Positions 1 to 10,500 of a stretch of DNA of 64,000 nt are shown piece after piece. The stretch comes from a virus: positions 34,635 through 98,634 of IMG/VR virus record IMGVR_UViG_3300010413_000010. The stretch is one strand, 5' to 3'. A model generated the notes under the pieces. The model saw nothing but the letters and a program-made list of their open reading frames with translations, ran no database searches and was not told where the DNA came from. The position numbers and the translations under genes were made by a program. Numbering within the stretch: the stretch's first letter is position 1; each line of letters begins with the position of its first letter.

Positions 1-1
1 A

Positions 2-3000
2 GGAGTAGCTGGACGGATTACCGGGCTGGTGACTGATGGGGGAGGGCTCGTAACTCAAATATGGGTTGATGAGCAGTTTACCTTCACCGACGGGGAAACT
101 CACCGGTTATTACTCCGGCCGTTAGACCCAACCGAAACTTTTGAGAGTGTTGAAAATTCTCTGATGGTTGAAGTTGTTACTCCAGCGTCCCTTACAAATG
201 AAGTCTATGTTGATGGAGAGACCTATTACAGGTTCGATTTAACAACTCCCACGGATGAAACCAAGTTTGCAATTGATCAGCTCTTCATGCCTGGCATCTC
301 TGGACAGGAGACCTTGGACCTTCTTATTGATTCAATTCAAGTCGTTGATGAGCAGTCCGTTGAAATCACTGCGATACCTTACTCTGAGGCAATTTATTCC
401 ATTGATGAGAGTGGAATACCTGCTTATGTTGCAAACATAACTCTTCCTCCTGCCGGTTTGAACGAACCGAACTTCTCCGGCATCTATGATCTCGCAGCTC
501 AGATGGCTGCTTTAGAAGAAGCCAAAGCCGAATTATATGGCAAAGTCGGGTTTAGTCAGATAGTTGACGGATATATTCCTGCTGGAGATATGTCCACTCT
601 GGACCCTCCTTCTGCAGCGCTTACTTCACAAGGCCGAACCATATCGATGGCGATAGCGTTACCTTCAGGACTAGTTTCTGCAACCTTGGTGACTGAAGCA
701 CAGATATCGGATGATGGTGCGACTTGGTACTCTATGCAGGACGGTAGTGATCCGGCTGGTGATACAAGCTGGATGACTTCTTGGCAAGGCACACTCGATG
801 ATGTAACTGCTTTTACTGGACTGCAGTATGTTTTAAACCGAATACCCTTCGGCGGAACCGAAGGTATTCCGACGGAGAAGACTTACTATTTTAGGTTCCG
901 GTTTGTAACTGGATATTCAGCTAGAGTAGAGACAGCATGGTCGGCTACTTATTCGATAGCTGTGAAACCCCTCACAACGATAGACATCGAAGGGGGGAAG
1001 ATCACTACCGAAAAGATTCAAGCTGACGCGATTACTGCTGATTTGATTGCAACCGGTGCTGTGACTGCAGACGCTATCGATGTTGATGATCTTTTCGCAC
1101 AGACGATAACAATCCCGGCAGGCGGTTCGTTAACGGCCGGTGATGTGGAACTTTCCAGTACAGGACTTACAGGTCCCGGTTTTGCTATTACGGCTTCCGG
1201 TATAGCTGCTGATCAGGGGACTATTGGTGGGTTCAATATTGGAGCAACCAGACTTTTCTCCGGTGCCGCTGCAGGTGACGGCGCACGGATACAGCTCGAT
1301 GTAACTCAGAATCGGTTTGCCATCTATGACGCATCGAACATTGCTAAGGTAGCTTTGGGTTATCTCGGAGGGATCGAGTCTTTCAACAGTAATCAGTACG
1401 GCCTTTATATTGCCGACGGTAACGTCGCACGATTTGAAGGTGGCGCGGAACTCGTAGGTAACGACTACACAATTGCCCAGGATGGTGCCCTCGTTATTGA
1501 GAACGCTGACGGTGCTGCAGTTGCACGGTTCGGTTCTGTAGGCACCGGAGAAATTGGGATGATCCTTGGTTTTGCTGACCAGGGTGGTGGCACGTTAGAC
1601 TCTCCTCAAGATTGTGACCGACGTATTTACATCGATGCGGATGAGTTGGGTTTAGAGCAATGGACAAATGCCGCGTGGTCGACTGTTAACAGTGTTCGGA
1701 TCGGTGGTGCAGATGAGAACGGGAACTTCACACCCTATTTTTTTGGCCGGGGGCTCCGCAGCTCGTTGGCAGATGCCACAATGGGGAATTATATTCCGAC
1801 GGCAGATACTGCGGTATGGAACGCCGAAGACGCCTCGAACCGATTGATATCGAACCAGGGCAAGGAATTAACATACGTGCAGTATTTTCTTACTGGTGAG
1901 AGTTATCAGAAGTTCGGTACAGCTGGATTTCGTATTAACGCAAACGCAATGGACCGGTACGGGTACATTAAAGCACCGCTAGGTATTTCGGTTTTCTCCC
2001 AGTCGTTTCTTGCTGGGGTTTGGATGCGAATCGATAGTGGCTATATAGACGATTCACGTGTGTTCCTGCAAGTTGGGGATACATCCAGTACCGTTGCAGA
2101 TAATTTTTATAGCTTTACTGCATATTACGACACGAATACACTCACATTAAAATCCAGTGTTACTGATCCATTAGCAACGAAGTCTGAACAGTTGCCGTTG
2201 GATACATTTTTCTTTCTTGGGTTGTTTTATGATGAACCAAACTCAAAGATTTATGCAATACAGAATGATACCATATTGTTTGAAGCGGATGCGTCTACTT
2301 TTACGTCGTTAAACTCTGACGGGACCGTGTTCGTGTATGGGAGAGAAGTAGACCTGTATTTTGATGATCTCTTTTATTCTCCGGGTTTCGATTCTATTGA
2401 TGCGGTGCTACAGTATGTTCAGCGGAATGAGGCGTGGGATATATCGGGAACCCTCCGAGATTTGTTTATTACTCCCGCTGCTGGTGGGGTTGTTCGTGTT
2501 ATAGGTGGGATTAGCTTTGAGGGGCCTCTTGGCTTTACCGGTTATGATCCACTTGTACCTGTAGAACGTAATCATCAGATATGGCTGAAAGGTGATGTCA
2601 TTAAGTTTCAGGAGTATACCAACAACGGTTGGACCTCCGTCAACTCGATTATTATCGGCGGGGTAGATGATAATGACATATTCATCCCTCTAGTCGGTAG
2701 TCGCGGTGGCTATAACGTAATGGGTGGACCTCCTGCGGGTGAGCCGTTCCCGAGTGAAGAGTTCAAATTATTTAACTTTGAGAATGGTTTTGTAGACCAG
2801 AATGGCGAAGAAGCCTACTCGATGGCACGGGTAACTACGACAACTACATGGTCGAAGTTCGGCACGTACTCTCTGGCGTGTGATACTACCAACTCGTACG
2901 GTACACTTCACCCCGACTGGCGATCATGGACTTTTGGCGAAGACCAAGCGTTTGCTGCTTATTTTTGGCAGGATAATATTGATGGCGGCGGAGCTACATT

Positions 3001-3544
3001 CTTCCAGATACGTGATGGATCAATAGATAACGTTTTTCTGATCGGCTCCATGAACTCTACTGAAATACAAATCAGAGTTATTAAAGGGGGGGTAACCGAA
3101 TATTCTGCAGCTATTGACGTAGGGGTCTCTACGGATGGAGAACACTTCATTGCAATGAGCTACGACAGTACTGCAGATATTTTGTACTGGTGTTTCGACG
3201 ATCAGGTTTTTAATACGGGGGTTATTGGAGGCACTTGGGATGAGGGTTCTGGATACTGTGAAGTATCGGTTCAAAACCGCCCTACTAGCATAATCACGTA
3301 TGCTGACGAAGTTCTGTTCGCCCCTGACCAGACCGTTCCTGTTGAAGTGTTTCTTCAACATTACCGCTCTGACCTTCCTTGGAACACGTCTTATTCAATT
3401 AAAGATTATGTTTTGCACCCCGCTCCTGGCGGGGTTGCTCGGACTATGGGAACTCACGTAGCTGACGCATATCAGTTCCCGTATACAGATGCTCGAATAG
3501 AATACAACCCCGACACTGAAACCATCGATTTCGTTTTCACTTAA
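2..3544 (+). CDS. Tail fibre / host-specificity protein, 5' partial
   Basis: Frame is open from the window edge. ITTEKIQADAITADLIATGAVTADAI fibre repeats, two LamG-like beta domains, located upstream of the lysis genes. Confidence 0.75.
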   Translation, partial: GVAGRITGLVTDGGGLVTQIWVDEQFTFTDGETHRLLLRPLDPTETFESVENSLMVEVVTPASLTNEVYVDGETYYRFDLTTPTDETKFAIDQLFMPGISGQETLDLLIDSIQVVDEQSVEITAIPYSEAIYSIDESGIPAYVANITLPPAGLNEPNFSGIYDLAAQMAALEEAKAELYGKVGFSQIVDGYIPAGDMSTLDPPSAALTSQGRTISMAIALPSGLVSATLVTEAQISDDGATWYSMQDGSDPAGDTSWMTSWQGTLDDVTAFTGLQYVLNRIPFGGTEGIPTEKTYYFRFRFVTGYSARVETAWSATYSIAVKPLTTIDIEGGKITTEKIQADAITADLIATGAVTADAIDVDDLFAQTITIPAGGSLTAGDVELSSTGLTGPGFAITASGIAADQGTIGGFNIGATRLFSGAAAGDGARIQLDVTQNRFAIYDASNIAKVALGYLGGIESFNSNQYGLYIADGNVARFEGGAELVGNDYTIAQDGALVIENADGAAVARFGSVGTGEIGMILGFADQGGGTLDSPQDCDRRIYIDADELGLEQWTNAAWSTVNSVRIGGADENGNFTPYFFGRGLRSSLADATMGNYIPTADTAVWNAEDASNRLISNQGKELTYVQYFLTGESYQKFGTAGFRINANAMDRYGYIKAPLGISVFSQSFLAGVWMRIDSGYIDDSRVFLQVGDTSSTVADNFYSFTAYYDTNTLTLKSSVTDPLATKSEQLPLDTFFFLGLFYDEPNSKIYAIQNDTILFEADASTFTSLNSDGTVFVYGREVDLYFDDLFYSPGFDSIDAVLQYVQRNEAWDISGTLRDLFITPAAGGVVRVIGGISFEGPLGFTGYDPLVPVERNHQIWLKGDVIKFQEYTNNGWTSVNSIIIGGVDDNDIFIPLVGSRGGYNVMGGPPAGEPFPSEEFKLFNFENGFVDQNGEEAYSMARVTTTTTWSKFGTYSLACDTTNSYGTLHPDWRSWTFGEDQAFAAYFWQDNIDGGGATFFQIRDGSIDNVFLIGSMNSTEIQIRVIKGGVTEYSAAIDVGVSTDGEHFIAMSYDSTADILYWCFDDQVFNTGVIGGTWDEGSGYCEVSVQNRPTSIITYADEVLFAPDQTVPVEVFLQHYRSDLPWNTSYSIKDYVLHPAPGGVARTMGTHVADAYQFPYTDARIEYNPDTETIDFVFT

Positions 3545-3559
3545 AAGAAAAGAGTTATT

Positions 3560-6500
3560 ATGTCTTTAATATTTCACCTCCCTTTAAACGGGGATTTCAC
3601 CGAACAGACGGGGGCGGGGCACACTGTTGTCCCGTCCAACGTCTCCTTTACAGAGTCCATATTTGGAGAGAACGCAGTCTTCGCCGGAACCGTCGATTCA
3701 AAGATTGACGTTACTCTGGAATCCCCGACAGATATCAAGTCGATTATGTTCTGGATTAGGACACGGCATGGGGCACGGCAGATTCGATCCACCGAAGATT
3801 CTCAACGTCAGTACTTCCCAACGATATTTCGAGTACCTGCAGTTGCAGGAATGATCTGTCTTAGTGCGTGGGCGGCGGGTTTAACTAACGAAACCGTCCA
3901 TCTTTGGAATAATTCATATGCGACGGCAGTTACTCAAGAAATTGCTGAGGACGAAACTGCACATATCGCTATGATTTGGAATGCAACAGATTCCCGGTAT
4001 GATATTTTCATCAATGGACATTATGTAAATTCACATGACCGATCTGAAACTGGAGCTGCGGGGTTACTTTCTTCGGTCTCAACATTTATCATTGGAACCG
4101 ATAGTGCTGCTTATCACTATGACGGTCAGCTCTCCGACTTCCGAATCTATGACCATTCTCTGACTCCCGCCGAACTCAGGGATATTGCCAAGTATCCGAA
4201 TAACGGACTTCTGGCTCATTATAAGTTTCAAGGGGATGACCGCGATTACTCTGGGAACGGGTACCACGGCTCTGTCTACGCCGGAAAAGAGCAGGCCCAT
4301 TTAGTCAATGAAATAAACATGAATGACTATGGGATGCTGGCTGTTAAGAACACCGCTACAAGTGCCTGGGATTCTGGTGCTCGGGCTTACCAGTCATTCC
4401 CTGCAACCGATGGTTCAGTTAGCTCCCCTGTATTCACAGAGTGGAAATACCATCTGGTTGACCCAACATCTGATGCAGGGTCACATGCAGTTATGGCAGG
4501 AATCAGCAACACAGCCGACGCATCAACGGGAGCGTTCGGCCAGATTCAGTGGGCGCTGTACTGTTACAATATGTCCCTGCATGTTTACTATAGTGGGACT
4601 TCTCAGGGATACACAGGATATCAGCATTATGTTGGTGCCACCTACCGGATGGAGTGGGATGGTACGTATCTCCGTATTTTACAAGATGGCAATGTAATCT
4701 GGACAGATACTCCAACAGTATCTGGTAATCTACGTTTTCGTATTGCTGTTCACAGTTACGGTCACTCGGATGGAGCTTATAATATTTATCAATCTCCCCG
4801 TTCCACGCGGGTCTCTTACTCGGATGTTTGGGACGATACGAAAGCAGTCCAGTTAAGATGGGCTGATGATTCGTGGATTGTTGTTAACCATAACGGGGAA
4901 ATGTCCCGGAAGGTGTTCGGGACAGAGCGATGCCATACTATTTCAGCTTGGATAAACCTAAGTTCTTGGTCTAATTATGGTTCGTTAATAAATAAGATGA
5001 CCGGAGCCTCGTGGTCGAACACAACGAATGGTGTCTGGACCTATAGTGCAGGGATTCGTCACATAGCTGGGACAAATGAAGGAGGAAATCCCACTAACTC
5101 TGTAATAGCTGTAACGGAATCACCAACTCTAAACGAGTGGCATCACTTCTGCGCGGTGTCCCAAGGGAAGTTCGGGTTTTTATATATTGATGGCCAGTTC
5201 ATCTCGATCTGTGATTATGATGTCCTGTACAAAGACCAAAGTGAGAACCAGCGAGAAATCTGCATCGGCCCTAGGTATTTACCATCTTCAGGCAGTGAAG
5301 GGTTCCCTGGCAAAATTTATGATTTGCGAATTTATTCAGAGCCGTTGAGTCCCAACATCATTCGTGCTTTAGCTCATTCTCCGTTCCCGACCAAGAAAAC
5401 AGAGGAAATGATTTCCAACTCTAAATCCCTCATGTTGGATTTCAATTTTGCTGAACGGGCAGAGGTGACATACAACAACTATGTGAACAACGTAAAACGC
5501 GGCGACTATGAGGAGTTGGCGGTTGGTTCTGATGCTAATTTCACAACTGCTCAAGCCGGTGCAGGTAGTTATGTTGGTGTTGTTGACACTTTTGCTCACG
5601 AGGGTGAAAAGTCGTTACGGTTTGTTTCTGGAACTGATAGTTATAAACGGATTTACTACACACTAGGAGGTGTTTCTGCTGGCACCTGGATGTCTATCTC
5701 TGCCTGGGTCTACAATACTGATCCCAGCTTAAACGTGTATCTCCATATGGAAGCTAACGGTGGTGACTACACATGGGGGATACCTCAAGATCGGAATTAC
5801 CACCACGGGACCGGCTGGGAAAGGCTTTGGTGCCGGATCAATCCAGCCACGACATCCGTAACCGACCTCTATATGTACATAAACAACAAGACAAGTGGGA
5901 ATGAAATCTTTATAGATGAATTCCTGTGTGAATCAAACCCAATTGATCATGGTCACACGGTAGGATACTTTTCAAACAACGTAAGGGATTCCTCCGGCTG
6001 GCCGTTTAGTTTGAAAAACGATGACGGACTCGGGCGGCGTTCCCCTAAGTGGGTAGAAGAAGGCTACAACTCGGTGGGAGCTATTGAGTTTCCGGCCTCA
6101 AATGCGACAGCTCAGACAAAGTGGAATAGCAGTAAGATTTCATTCGGTCCTGACCCAATTCTTACGGTAGCTTATGCTATAAAACGAACCGGCGACATCT
6201 CGTCAGGAAAGGCTACATGGGGTCTGGGCTCCCCAGGTTCTCGGTGTGCTCTCTCCAGCTATGTTAATGCAGTGAACTCCATCGGGATTGATTACTACGG
6301 ATCACCAACTTACAAAGCTGATTACACATGGCCTGTAAATGAGTGGATATATGTGGTGGTGGTCAAGAACCAGACGGGGCTCACCCACAAAGATGGGCAC
6401 GAGATTTATATCGATGGAGTTAAGCAGGATATTACAGTTCTACGGAGTGGGGCATATCAACCCACCCTTTTAGAAGGGCTCTGCTTTGGGGGAATCCATT

Positions 6501-8143
6501 CAACTGAGACAAATTACTACGCAGAAAACTTCGTCTTAGGCGACTTCAAGGTTTTCCGAAAAGCACTTTCCCATACAGAAATCCAGGAACTGACCGAGAA
6601 AATGGCGGCTGGTACAGCTACGACTCAGGTAGACAGGGAGGGGAACCTTTACATTGATAAACCTATCGTCTCGAAAATGTTCTCACCGGCTCTGGCACTC
6701 AATCACCGAGAGTGGTGTGTATCCGAAAGAGGGTCACACACTTCTTGGGTTCGTAACGGAGATGCTACTGAAAACTCAATTGTTAGAGGCCGGGACCCTT
6801 GGGGTAAGTTCACTCACATATGGGTATGTACACCTGATGCAAATAGTAATGGTGATGGGGGATGGAATACTTTTTTCCCAATAGATAAAGACTACCATCA
6901 TCGATTTTCAGTATGGATTCAGAAAGCGGGTAACGTGTTAGCAGGAAGTACTTACCTGGGCTGTTACAATAATGCAAATTTCACGCAGGACCTTGCAGGG
7001 ACGGGCCAGACAAATCACTACTTTATTGTAGGTGATCCACCGGCTTCAGACCAATGGTATCTCTATGTTGGCTACATTCATAAAGCCGGTGCCACTTCTG
7101 ATGCGTTTGGAGTGTCAGGCTATGTTTACGACACGGCGGGGAATATTGTTCAGACGCATACAAGAACACGGGTACGTACAGTGGATGATATTCAGCGTTT
7201 TCGCTGCTATCTATATTATTGTACAGATACTTCCGTCCGTCAGTATATGTGTTATCCACGAGTCGATAGGATCGACGGGACGGAGCCGGATATATCAGAT
7301 TTGATCAACGGGCTTTCTTCCATGGAAGATGAGTTCATGAGCCGTTACCCTCATATCCTCCGTGATGTCACTTTGGAAGACTCCATCGTTAACTTCGGGA
7401 AATTGAAAAACGAGATAGCAAATCTCGACATGAAGTTCAGTGGTGCCAATGGACTGAAAGGGCATTACCCACTGCAGTATAATACCAACTTGTTTGCAGG
7501 GCAGTATCAACCTACGGTGCATAGTAACATCGCGTATGAGCTAGAAGATGGTTATCCTTGCGCTCATTTCACAACACAGACCACTTCTAAGCTCAGTTTT
7601 GAAGAGATGTCATGTTCTTCCAGTGACCCTTGGTCTGCTTCAATTTGGGTCAAAGAACCGGCTTCAGCTGTAGATACCCAGAGGATTTTCCTTGGGTTAG
7701 AAGACGCATATGGCCCATACTTTCAGCTCTTAGATAATAATAAATTCCTTTTTAGGTTTTGGGAGAGCCCGTATGGTTATTATTATGTGTCGAATGCTAT
7801 TGTTGATAGGACTCAATGGAATCAGTTTACGGTCACTTGGGGAGGTGCCTCTTCTCCAGTATTTAGAATTTACATTAACGGAGAATTAGACAACACACAT
7901 GATGTGACGGGTGATACGCAGTATTATCCAAGCGCTCATTTTGATTGTATTGGCCCTGTCTATAAACGTGCGGAAAATCATCCTGAATACGACTTCACGG
8001 GTTGGGTGAGGGACTTCCGTTTCTATACTGAAGAACTTTCTGCCCTGTATGTAAAACAGCTTCATCATGCCACAGAAAGCCCCTTCTTGGGTCTTAACAA
8101 CACCGGCATTATCACCGACGCTGAGGTCATCAAAGAAGTATAA
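3560..8143 (+). CDS. Multi-LamG (concanavalin A-like) tail / receptor-binding protein
   Basis: 1527 aa with repeated LamG signatures (GQLSDFRIYDHSLT, GKIYDLRIYSEPLS, NEWHHFCAV, GWVRDFRFYTEELS) plus a CBM-like domain. Confidence 0.75.
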   Translation: MSLIFHLPLNGDFTEQTGAGHTVVPSNVSFTESIFGENAVFAGTVDSKIDVTLESPTDIKSIMFWIRTRHGARQIRSTEDSQRQYFPTIFRVPAVAGMICLSAWAAGLTNETVHLWNNSYATAVTQEIAEDETAHIAMIWNATDSRYDIFINGHYVNSHDRSETGAAGLLSSVSTFIIGTDSAAYHYDGQLSDFRIYDHSLTPAELRDIAKYPNNGLLAHYKFQGDDRDYSGNGYHGSVYAGKEQAHLVNEINMNDYGMLAVKNTATSAWDSGARAYQSFPATDGSVSSPVFTEWKYHLVDPTSDAGSHAVMAGISNTADASTGAFGQIQWALYCYNMSLHVYYSGTSQGYTGYQHYVGATYRMEWDGTYLRILQDGNVIWTDTPTVSGNLRFRIAVHSYGHSDGAYNIYQSPRSTRVSYSDVWDDTKAVQLRWADDSWIVVNHNGEMSRKVFGTERCHTISAWINLSSWSNYGSLINKMTGASWSNTTNGVWTYSAGIRHIAGTNEGGNPTNSVIAVTESPTLNEWHHFCAVSQGKFGFLYIDGQFISICDYDVLYKDQSENQREICIGPRYLPSSGSEGFPGKIYDLRIYSEPLSPNIIRALAHSPFPTKKTEEMISNSKSLMLDFNFAERAEVTYNNYVNNVKRGDYEELAVGSDANFTTAQAGAGSYVGVVDTFAHEGEKSLRFVSGTDSYKRIYYTLGGVSAGTWMSISAWVYNTDPSLNVYLHMEANGGDYTWGIPQDRNYHHGTGWERLWCRINPATTSVTDLYMYINNKTSGNEIFIDEFLCESNPIDHGHTVGYFSNNVRDSSGWPFSLKNDDGLGRRSPKWVEEGYNSVGAIEFPASNATAQTKWNSSKISFGPDPILTVAYAIKRTGDISSGKATWGLGSPGSRCALSSYVNAVNSIGIDYYGSPTYKADYTWPVNEWIYVVVVKNQTGLTHKDGHEIYIDGVKQDITVLRSGAYQPTLLEGLCFGGIHSTETNYYAENFVLGDFKVFRKALSHTEIQELTEKMAAGTATTQVDREGNLYIDKPIVSKMFSPALALNHREWCVSERGSHTSWVRNGDATENSIVRGRDPWGKFTHIWVCTPDANSNGDGGWNTFFPIDKDYHHRFSVWIQKAGNVLAGSTYLGCYNNANFTQDLAGTGQTNHYFIVGDPPASDQWYLYVGYIHKAGATSDAFGVSGYVYDTAGNIVQTHTRTRVRTVDDIQRFRCYLYYCTDTSVRQYMCYPRVDRIDGTEPDISDLINGLSSMEDEFMSRYPHILRDVTLEDSIVNFGKLKNEIANLDMKFSGANGLKGHYPLQYNTNLFAGQYQPTVHSNIAYELEDGYPCAHFTTQTTSKLSFEEMSCSSSDPWSASIWVKEPASAVDTQRIFLGLEDAYGPYFQLLDNNKFLFRFWESPYGYYYVSNAIVDRTQWNQFTVTWGGASSPVFRIYINGELDNTHDVTGDTQYYPSAHFDCIGPVYKRAENHPEYDFTGWVRDFRFYTEELSALYVKQLHHATESPFLGLNNTGIITDAEVIKEV

Positions 8144-8148
8144 TCAAT

Positions 8149-8167
8149 AGGCGGGGGTCTCCCGCCT
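8149..8167 (+). terminator. GC-rich hairpin after the tail gene (weak terminator or processing site)
   Basis: aggcggg/cccgcct stem with no clear U-tract. Confidence 0.4.
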
Positions 8168-8184
8168 TAAATAAGGAACAGCAA

Positions 8185-8436
8185 ATGAAACTCACAAAAA
8201 ACATAGCAGCGGTAGCGCTGCTGGTGCTCCTGTTGTCTATGGGGATTGTCTTCATGGTCCAGGACGCAGAGGGTGCAATCTGGAATGACTACTTTAATTT
8301 TGCAAAGTGGTATATCGGTGTCTTCTTCAGTGTGAAACTCTTGGGCGATACCGTAAAGTCTGTCTGGTATAGACCAGAACTTGACCCGAATAACACGAAG
8401 GCGCCGGACAAAGAAGCCAATGAAGAAGTTTGTTAA
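8185..8436 (+). CDS. Putative holin
   Basis: 83 aa, two hydrophobic helices, charged C-terminus, in the lysis cassette. Confidence 0.55.
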   Translation: MKLTKNIAAVALLVLLLSMGIVFMVQDAEGAIWNDYFNFAKWYIGVFFSVKLLGDTVKSVWYRPELDPNNTKAPDKEANEEVC

Positions 8437-9259
8437 CTGGATAAAGAAGTACGCGACTATCATCCTGCTCGGTATCATCTCGATACTGGGCGGGATAATC
8501 GCAATCATGAGTAGAGGAAGTAGAGATGAAGAAGATAGTACTGATCATAATGATCCTGACCTTATCAACCGCGATATTGCCAGCCATCGATCTACCGAAT
8601 TACGGGATCGAACCAGACAGGTGGTACGAAGGATTTTTAATAATCGAGGCGTTGAACGAAATCCAGACGCTGACGGAGACGGCAATAGAACAGGCAGTGG
8701 AGGAGACCAGCCAGGAGTACCTGGAGCGGCTGGAGAAAGCACTGCAAGCGGAACAGGAAGCAAAGCAGAAGGAACGAATGTGGATGGGTCTCGGTATCGG
8801 ATCAGCGGTGACGGCAGTAGCCTCAATTCTAACATTGATCCTATCACAGTAGATGATGTAGGGTTTCTGGATTACCTGGAAGGCCCTACCATCAAACGCT
8901 ACGGTGAGAAGCTCCTCACACTTCTGGCTCCGCTTCAGCTCCATTCGAGGAAACTCACCGCAAAAGAAATTGTTGAAATTTATAACCAGGGGAGGAAAGA
9001 CCCATCCATTATGGATCGGCAGTGCCGTCTTGGTAAAAACGGATATTTAGTAACCTACCATGCCCGAAAGATTCTGGGCTTGTCCCACTACCTCACCGAT
9101 GCTGGTGATAACTCAGACTTCCTCTTGCAAGGGTACAACTATGGGTCACGGTGCGGTTACATCATCAAGGATAAAGAGGGAAGGGTACTCTATGTCTCTT
9201 CCCCCTTACGAAAAACTGACACTTTATTTTCGGTAGACTGCTACCGGTGGGAGGAGTAA
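8420..9259 (+). CDS. Membrane-anchored protein of the lysis cassette (i-spanin-like N-terminus)
   Basis: MKKFVNWIKKY followed by a TM helix. Frame stays open across the embedded ORF 8526-8852, and its stop overlaps the amidase start (TAATG). Confidence 0.5.
   Translation: MKKFVNWIKKYATIILLGIISILGGIIAIMSRGSRDEEDSTDHNDPDLINRDIASHRSTELRDRTRQVVRRIFNNRGVERNPDADGDGNRTGSGGDQPGVPGAAGESTASGTGSKAEGTNVDGSRYRISGDGSSLNSNIDPITVDDVGFLDYLEGPTIKRYGEKLLTLLAPLQLHSRKLTAKEIVEIYNQGRKDPSIMDRQCRLGKNGYLVTYHARKILGLSHYLTDAGDNSDFLLQGYNYGSRCGYIIKDKEGRVLYVSSPLRKTDTLFSVDCYRWEE
8526..8852 (+). CDS. Embedded secreted coiled-coil protein with C-terminal TM helix (spanin-like partner)
   Basis: Signal peptide, EQ-rich helix, C-terminal hydrophobic segment, GAGG upstream. 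Confidence 0.6.
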   Translation: MKKIVLIIMILTLSTAILPAIDLPNYGIEPDRWYEGFLIIEALNEIQTLTETAIEQAVEETSQEYLERLEKALQAEQEAKQKERMWMGLGIGSAVTAVASILTLILSQ

Positions 9260-9798
9260 TGCTCCACATAAACAAAAAGAGCCGCCCCGGAAAGAAGCGA
9301 CTCTCTACTAAGAAAATTATCATTCATTATACTGGAGGGAATTACCGTAGCCTCGATGAGCTGGAAAAGTACCTGGCCGGAGAGCATAGATTTGGCGGTT
9401 ATACCCTGGCGGTGGACGATGTAGGAATCCGGTTGTTTGCTCCGCTGGATGAGATGACTCCCCACGTTGGTGGGGAACTACTCGATGACTATGAGCGAAT
9501 CTTCGGTCCTACCAAGATGATCGACGGCTACAGTATCCAGAACTGGCACACCCTCGGGATTTGTTACATCCACCAGAACTGGACCGGTGAGCCCTCGAAG
9601 GAAACCTACGATGTTCTGGTCAATGTGGTTGCTTCGCTCTGCAGACAGTATGGCTTGTCGGAAAACGATGTAGACCGGCATTTTGATGTAACCGGTAAGA
9701 AATGCCCGAAGTACTATTCAGAGTCTGGAGCTCTTTGGACACGGTTCCGTCAGGATGTACGAAAAGCCATCTTTGAAAGACGGCACTATGTGATATAA
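9259..9798 (+). CDS. Endolysin, N-acetylmuramoyl-L-alanine amidase (Amidase_2 type)
   Basis: IIIHYT...RHFDVTGKKCP zinc-binding motifs; GGAGG RBS. Confidence 0.85.
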   Translation: MLHINKKSRPGKKRLSTKKIIIHYTGGNYRSLDELEKYLAGEHRFGGYTLAVDDVGIRLFAPLDEMTPHVGGELLDDYERIFGPTKMIDGYSIQNWHTLGICYIHQNWTGEPSKETYDVLVNVVASLCRQYGLSENDVDRHFDVTGKKCPKYYSESGALWTRFRQDVRKAIFERRHYVI

Positions 9799-9803
9799 AA
9801 GTG

Positions 9804-9828
9804 AAGCCTCCCTTTCGGGAGGCTTTTT
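9804..9828. terminator. Intrinsic terminator between convergent genes
   Basis: aagcctccc-tttc-gggaggctt followed by a T run. Confidence 0.8.
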
Positions 9829-9832
9829 GTAT

Positions 9833-10462
9833 TTATGCACCGCCAAGTCGTCTTCGGCGTTCCTCTTTAAGTTTCTCGTAAGTTGTATCTCTGTATTCAG
9901 AGAGGAAGGCTTTTAATTGTGCGAACTGCTCAGGTTCAAGTGTAATAGGGTCGTTGTAATATTGTAAAGTCAACTGACTGGAGTTCACAACGCTTTCGAT
10001 AAAGCCGTCTGTATTTATAGGATACAGCCCAATCTGCTCCATCACTTCCCCGCCATATATGACATCTCGGGAAGGATTGTCATCAGTGAGTGTGGCAAGA
10101 CCGCTGTCTGTTTTAAACTTCACTTCCCCACTCATAAATCGCCATCTAGGGCCTTTATAGATAATGCGGAGTGCAAGCATTTTACCGATCCCCTGCACTG
10201 GGGTTTCAAGCGTTACAATAGAGGCTTCAAGTTCAACATTCCAAGGAGCGCCCCAGTACCCACCTTCGAGCGTGAGTTCGTCCAATCTGACAATGTAAGA
10301 TGACCGTTCAATGTCATCATTGAATTGGATGTAGGTCCGATACTCATACTTTGTTCCCGGCACCGGTTTTGTTTCATAACCGGTCGGCCCAATAAGCATC
10401 GACATGCAACCAGTTAAACTGATGATACACAGCACCAGACTTGCAATAAAAGGTCTTTTCAT
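9833..10462 (-). CDS. Lipoprotein, unknown function
   Basis: Signal peptide with lipobox LTGC. Confidence 0.7.
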   Translation of the reverse strand: MKRPFIASLVLCIISLTGCMSMLIGPTGYETKPVPGTKYEYRTYIQFNDDIERSSYIVRLDELTLEGGYWGAPWNVELEASIVTLETPVQGIGKMLALRIIYKGPRWRFMSGEVKFKTDSGLATLTDDNPSRDVIYGGEVMEQIGLYPINTDGFIESVVNSSQLTLQYYNDPITLEPEQFAQLKAFLSEYRDTTYEKLKEERRRRLGGA

Positions 10463-10500
10463 ACTTCACTCTCCTCTTGAAATGCTCTATCTACAATTTT

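Noticed and set aside
2-8143. Diversity-generating retroelement acting on tail genes
   Set aside because: No reverse transcriptase in the window and no adenine-variant TR/VR pair noticed.
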